Below are positions 60,935 to 64,000 of a DNA stretch of 64,000 bases, piece by piece (position 1 is the stretch's first letter; every line of letters begins with the position of its first letter). This DNA comes from Psilocybe cubensis. Taxonomy: Eukaryota. The stretch is taken from the NCBI GenBank assembly GCA_017499595.2, contig CM039005.1, positions 1,550,001 through 1,614,000 of the forward strand, read 5' to 3'. The position numbers were made by a program, and so were the translations under genes. A model generated the notes under the pieces. That model was not told the DNA's origin and ran no database searches. It saw only the letters and a program-made list of their open reading frames with translations.

Positions 60935-63597
60935 TCATACCTCGGCAATGACATTCCTTTCTGGGCTCTTCGAGGGTGATTCGTTGAGAGGTTGGGCAGT
61001 CTCCCGTTCTGTATACCTTTCCCAGGAGCAAATAACGCCAATAATGACTAGAACTCCAACAGCAGCTGCGAAAACGCCAACGATGACCCTTGTAACCCTT
61101 CTAGTGTCTTGAAAGACTAGGAATCCAACAGCTGTTGCAAAGGAGATGATCCTGTCCCAGATAAAGTTAGTAGCTATCCAATTTGAATGGAATTGGGGAT
61201 GGCAGACTTACGACCAGATGAGAAATACGTATGGGAGACTGTACACAATAGCGCGTGCTTCTAAGCCAACCAATGAGTAAGCACGCTTTTTCGCGTAAGC
61301 GCTCTACACAGGAGTCGTCAGTCTAAGAGGGTCGGAATAAGCGCCAGGAATACCTACCACATCCCCAATTAAATCCCGACTGTTCGCCATTATGTGCTCA
61401 TGGAAAGTCATACCCAAGAAGATACTTCCAATAGCGAAGATAACCGATACATAGCTGGAGATCTGTGCTCCGGATCGATGCTCCAATTCGGGGTGCCTCA
61501 GACCAATGTCACGAATGCTTAGAAATGCAGCGTTAGCGATCAGCATAAGGATGGACTGGGTTAACTAAGGATCAGAAAAATATCTTGTGCAGACATACAG
61601 AAATCACTTACCCAGAATATACGTTCTCGCCATTCATGCCTTAGCCTGGTCACACCTTGGTCCCAAACAGAGTTGTGAGTAGCGCCAATGACCCACATTC
61701 TTCGCAATGTTCGGAGATAGAGATTTGGAGAGAAGAACAGGAATGGCGAAATTGTCCTTATGAACCATGTCCGTCTTGATGCTTGGGCGGCATAGGTCAC
61801 AATCTGGATTTCGTTCTTTAATCTCGGCTGAAGTTTCCCTTGAGAGTCGTAGACCTTTGATTGGGCTAAATAAGAACAGTAAGCAAACGTAGGACAGAAG
61901 AACAACTCATGAGAATTACCAAACGAATGCATGAGTCGAGCTAGATATGCATTTCAGTAATTTTCAGTTAACTGATGCAAGCATCATTCTTACATAAAAG
62001 ACCAACTGCGCCATTGGATTCCCGTCCCTGATTTCCTACAACATGTCATTTTCGTTAGACCTTATATTGACCACAGCCAGGAGCACCTACTTTCCAAATT
62101 TTCGATCAATGTGAGAAATTTATAGAGTTCATCCAAGTTATAGATAGTTGCGGAGGATTGAGACGCTATATGATCTACAAAAAATGAGCATGTGCGATAG
62201 ATGTATAAAAAAAAGCTGTTTGTACCCCCAATAAATTGGAGAACGGTGTCGCGGAGTTCAAAAATCAAAGAAGAGGATATTTCAAGGGCTTGTGGGCATA
62301 GTTGTAGATATAACCTGGGAATGTCCGAATGAACGTAGGTCGATTGACTTTCACTTGTATAATCTCACCAGTACTGAGCTTCCAATTCTTCACCTGTCAA
62401 TGACAGTTTGTTAGTGGTATCGCAATATACGGTGGATGTAAACGCGAACAACTAACGTAGATGACTAGACGAATTGATGCCTTTCAATTCACACCAAGGA
62501 GCTTCATAGTTATCCAAGAAAAAGATAGAACGAGATGGGTGATGCACGAAGTAGTAAAATGTTTGGATTTCTTGACAAGCATTGTTATAAGTCACATCAA
62601 GGGCAAGGTCGCAATTGCTGGGGAGGGTAATGCCATGGGTCGAGATAAATTCCTCAATAGTGGATATGTCTTCAAGCATTTGTTGGTAAAGAACAGTGTC
62701 GTAAATGTTGGCATCCGTAAAGATCCTCTGTAGGAAACCGTTGAGTAACACTCCGCTGTTATTTCATTCCGGTGAAACCAACCTTATCCCTGTTACAAAA
62801 ATAGATTGCTCCGTCAGGGTGAGTGCACTGTGTCCAACCAGCCGAGAGTGGGTGCCTTCAATTGTAATCTAGTTCAGCGCTTGTGAGTCAAAGGGATATA
62901 ACTTTCAAAATCTCACTTTTCTGTATTCATTCTCTCCAGGCGAGAATTAAATTTGCGATTTTCCCTAGAAGAGATAAGAAACAAGAGCAACGTTTACACA
63001 GTTTTCTTACCCGTTAGCCCGATTTTTGTATCGACGAGAACCCTCCGGCATCACAGGCATGATACGAGGGTGTTTAAAGAATGTGGTTGTACCGGCTTGT
63101 GAAAGGATAAGCCTGCTCGTTATATTCGACTCCCACCGCGAGCTATACTCAAACCTCTCGATGGCAGTTGACGTTGAGCGCGCTTCCGAAACAACAGTTT
63201 CAGTCTGTGGCCTAAAGTGCAGTTGGGTCCAAGATGTAGAAAACCGGTTGGCAGGATTGCTAGACGATGGGTATGTAGAAAATGCGACGTTGTCCATGGA
63301 TATTTTTTCTCCGTTCGTTTCCAGAGTCAGTTCAAAGCCAGATATCTCAGGTCCTGTATCAAAAAAGAGTGTGTTGCCCTTCGACGTTTCCGCTGGTAGC
63401 ACCGGAGTTTTCCCTGTCCCTTTCGCCAGAAGATGCTCTCGTCTGCGCCAAGTTCCTCGCAAGATGTTGAAGAGAAAAGCAAGGCTCTGAAAGATCTTCC
63501 CACTTGTTTGGCTAAGTAAGTAGCGCACGGCCTTGATGAGTGTTTTACGCCCAAAGACAACAAGGGAAAGAAGTTGGGCGATGGGTATTGCACCCAT
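60935..63597 (-). CDS. Multi-exon hypothetical protein with WW-like segment(s) and C-terminal TM helices (Agaricomycete-type family)
   Basis: GWTQCTHPDGAIYF (WW-like), YYFVHHPSRSIFFLD, LEAQYW, and TM region LIANAAFLSI...SYVSVIFAIGSIFLG...IVYSLPYVFLIW. Confidence 0.7.
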
Positions 63598-64000
63598 GAT
63601 GCAACAGTGACGCGTTAAGTAGAGTTCGTAGGAAGGGGGGACAACTCTTTCGCAAACGAGTCCTATATTGTAGATCCAGAATAGCCTGCCGTGTGAGCAT
63701 TACATCTGTCAGATGGAAGTCATTCAGTGTGAACCGCCTTCCGGGGTTTAATCGATGCCACAACATCGAATTTTAGTTCTATACCACTAAATTCATGACT
63801 GTCAACGTTTCAAAGCAAATTTGAACAGCGATCGTACATACATGTCAGTGAACGATTTGTTCAACCAGGCCGTAGTTTACCATCCGCTTTGAAGTAACAG
63901 CAAAAACAAGCAAGAATTAGGGTAAGGAAATAGAGGTCGGAGTTTCGGATGTTGGACGTGGAAGTTTTGTTCTGTACATCAGACTTTGGACAGGAGGTCC

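Overview
Eukaryotic, intron-rich fungal DNA of Agaricomycete type (short ~50-70 nt GT-AG introns, many micro-exons, basidiomycete-type gene families); the species cannot be named from the sequence alone. Left to right: the 5' end of a Gin4/Hsl1-like kinase head-to-head with an intronless PPR-like gene in a GC-rich, low-complexity block (1-4.7 kb); a spliced orphan gene; a 631-bp non-autonomous DNA element; two divergent cytochrome P450 paralogues with atypical I-helices; a DUF6533-type membrane protein; a secreted Cys-rich protein resembling the caterpillar-seta allergen Tha p 2; TFIIE-alpha; a 915-bp non-autonomous element with the same asymmetric termini and 8-bp TSD length as the first; an intact, very young chromodomain Ty3/Gypsy retrotransposon; PTR2; a family III CoA-transferase; an F-box gene; two GH47 mannosidase paralogues around a GPI-type Ser/Thr-rich protein; an SDR; NOC4; three tandem trichodiene-synthase-like terpene synthases (the third frameshifted); SWP1; an intron-containing tRNA-Cys; and a WW-like/transmembrane hypothetical gene. 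Gene models were spliced by eye; outer coordinates are more reliable than internal exon borders. Family assignments come from motif recognition and recall, not from database searches.
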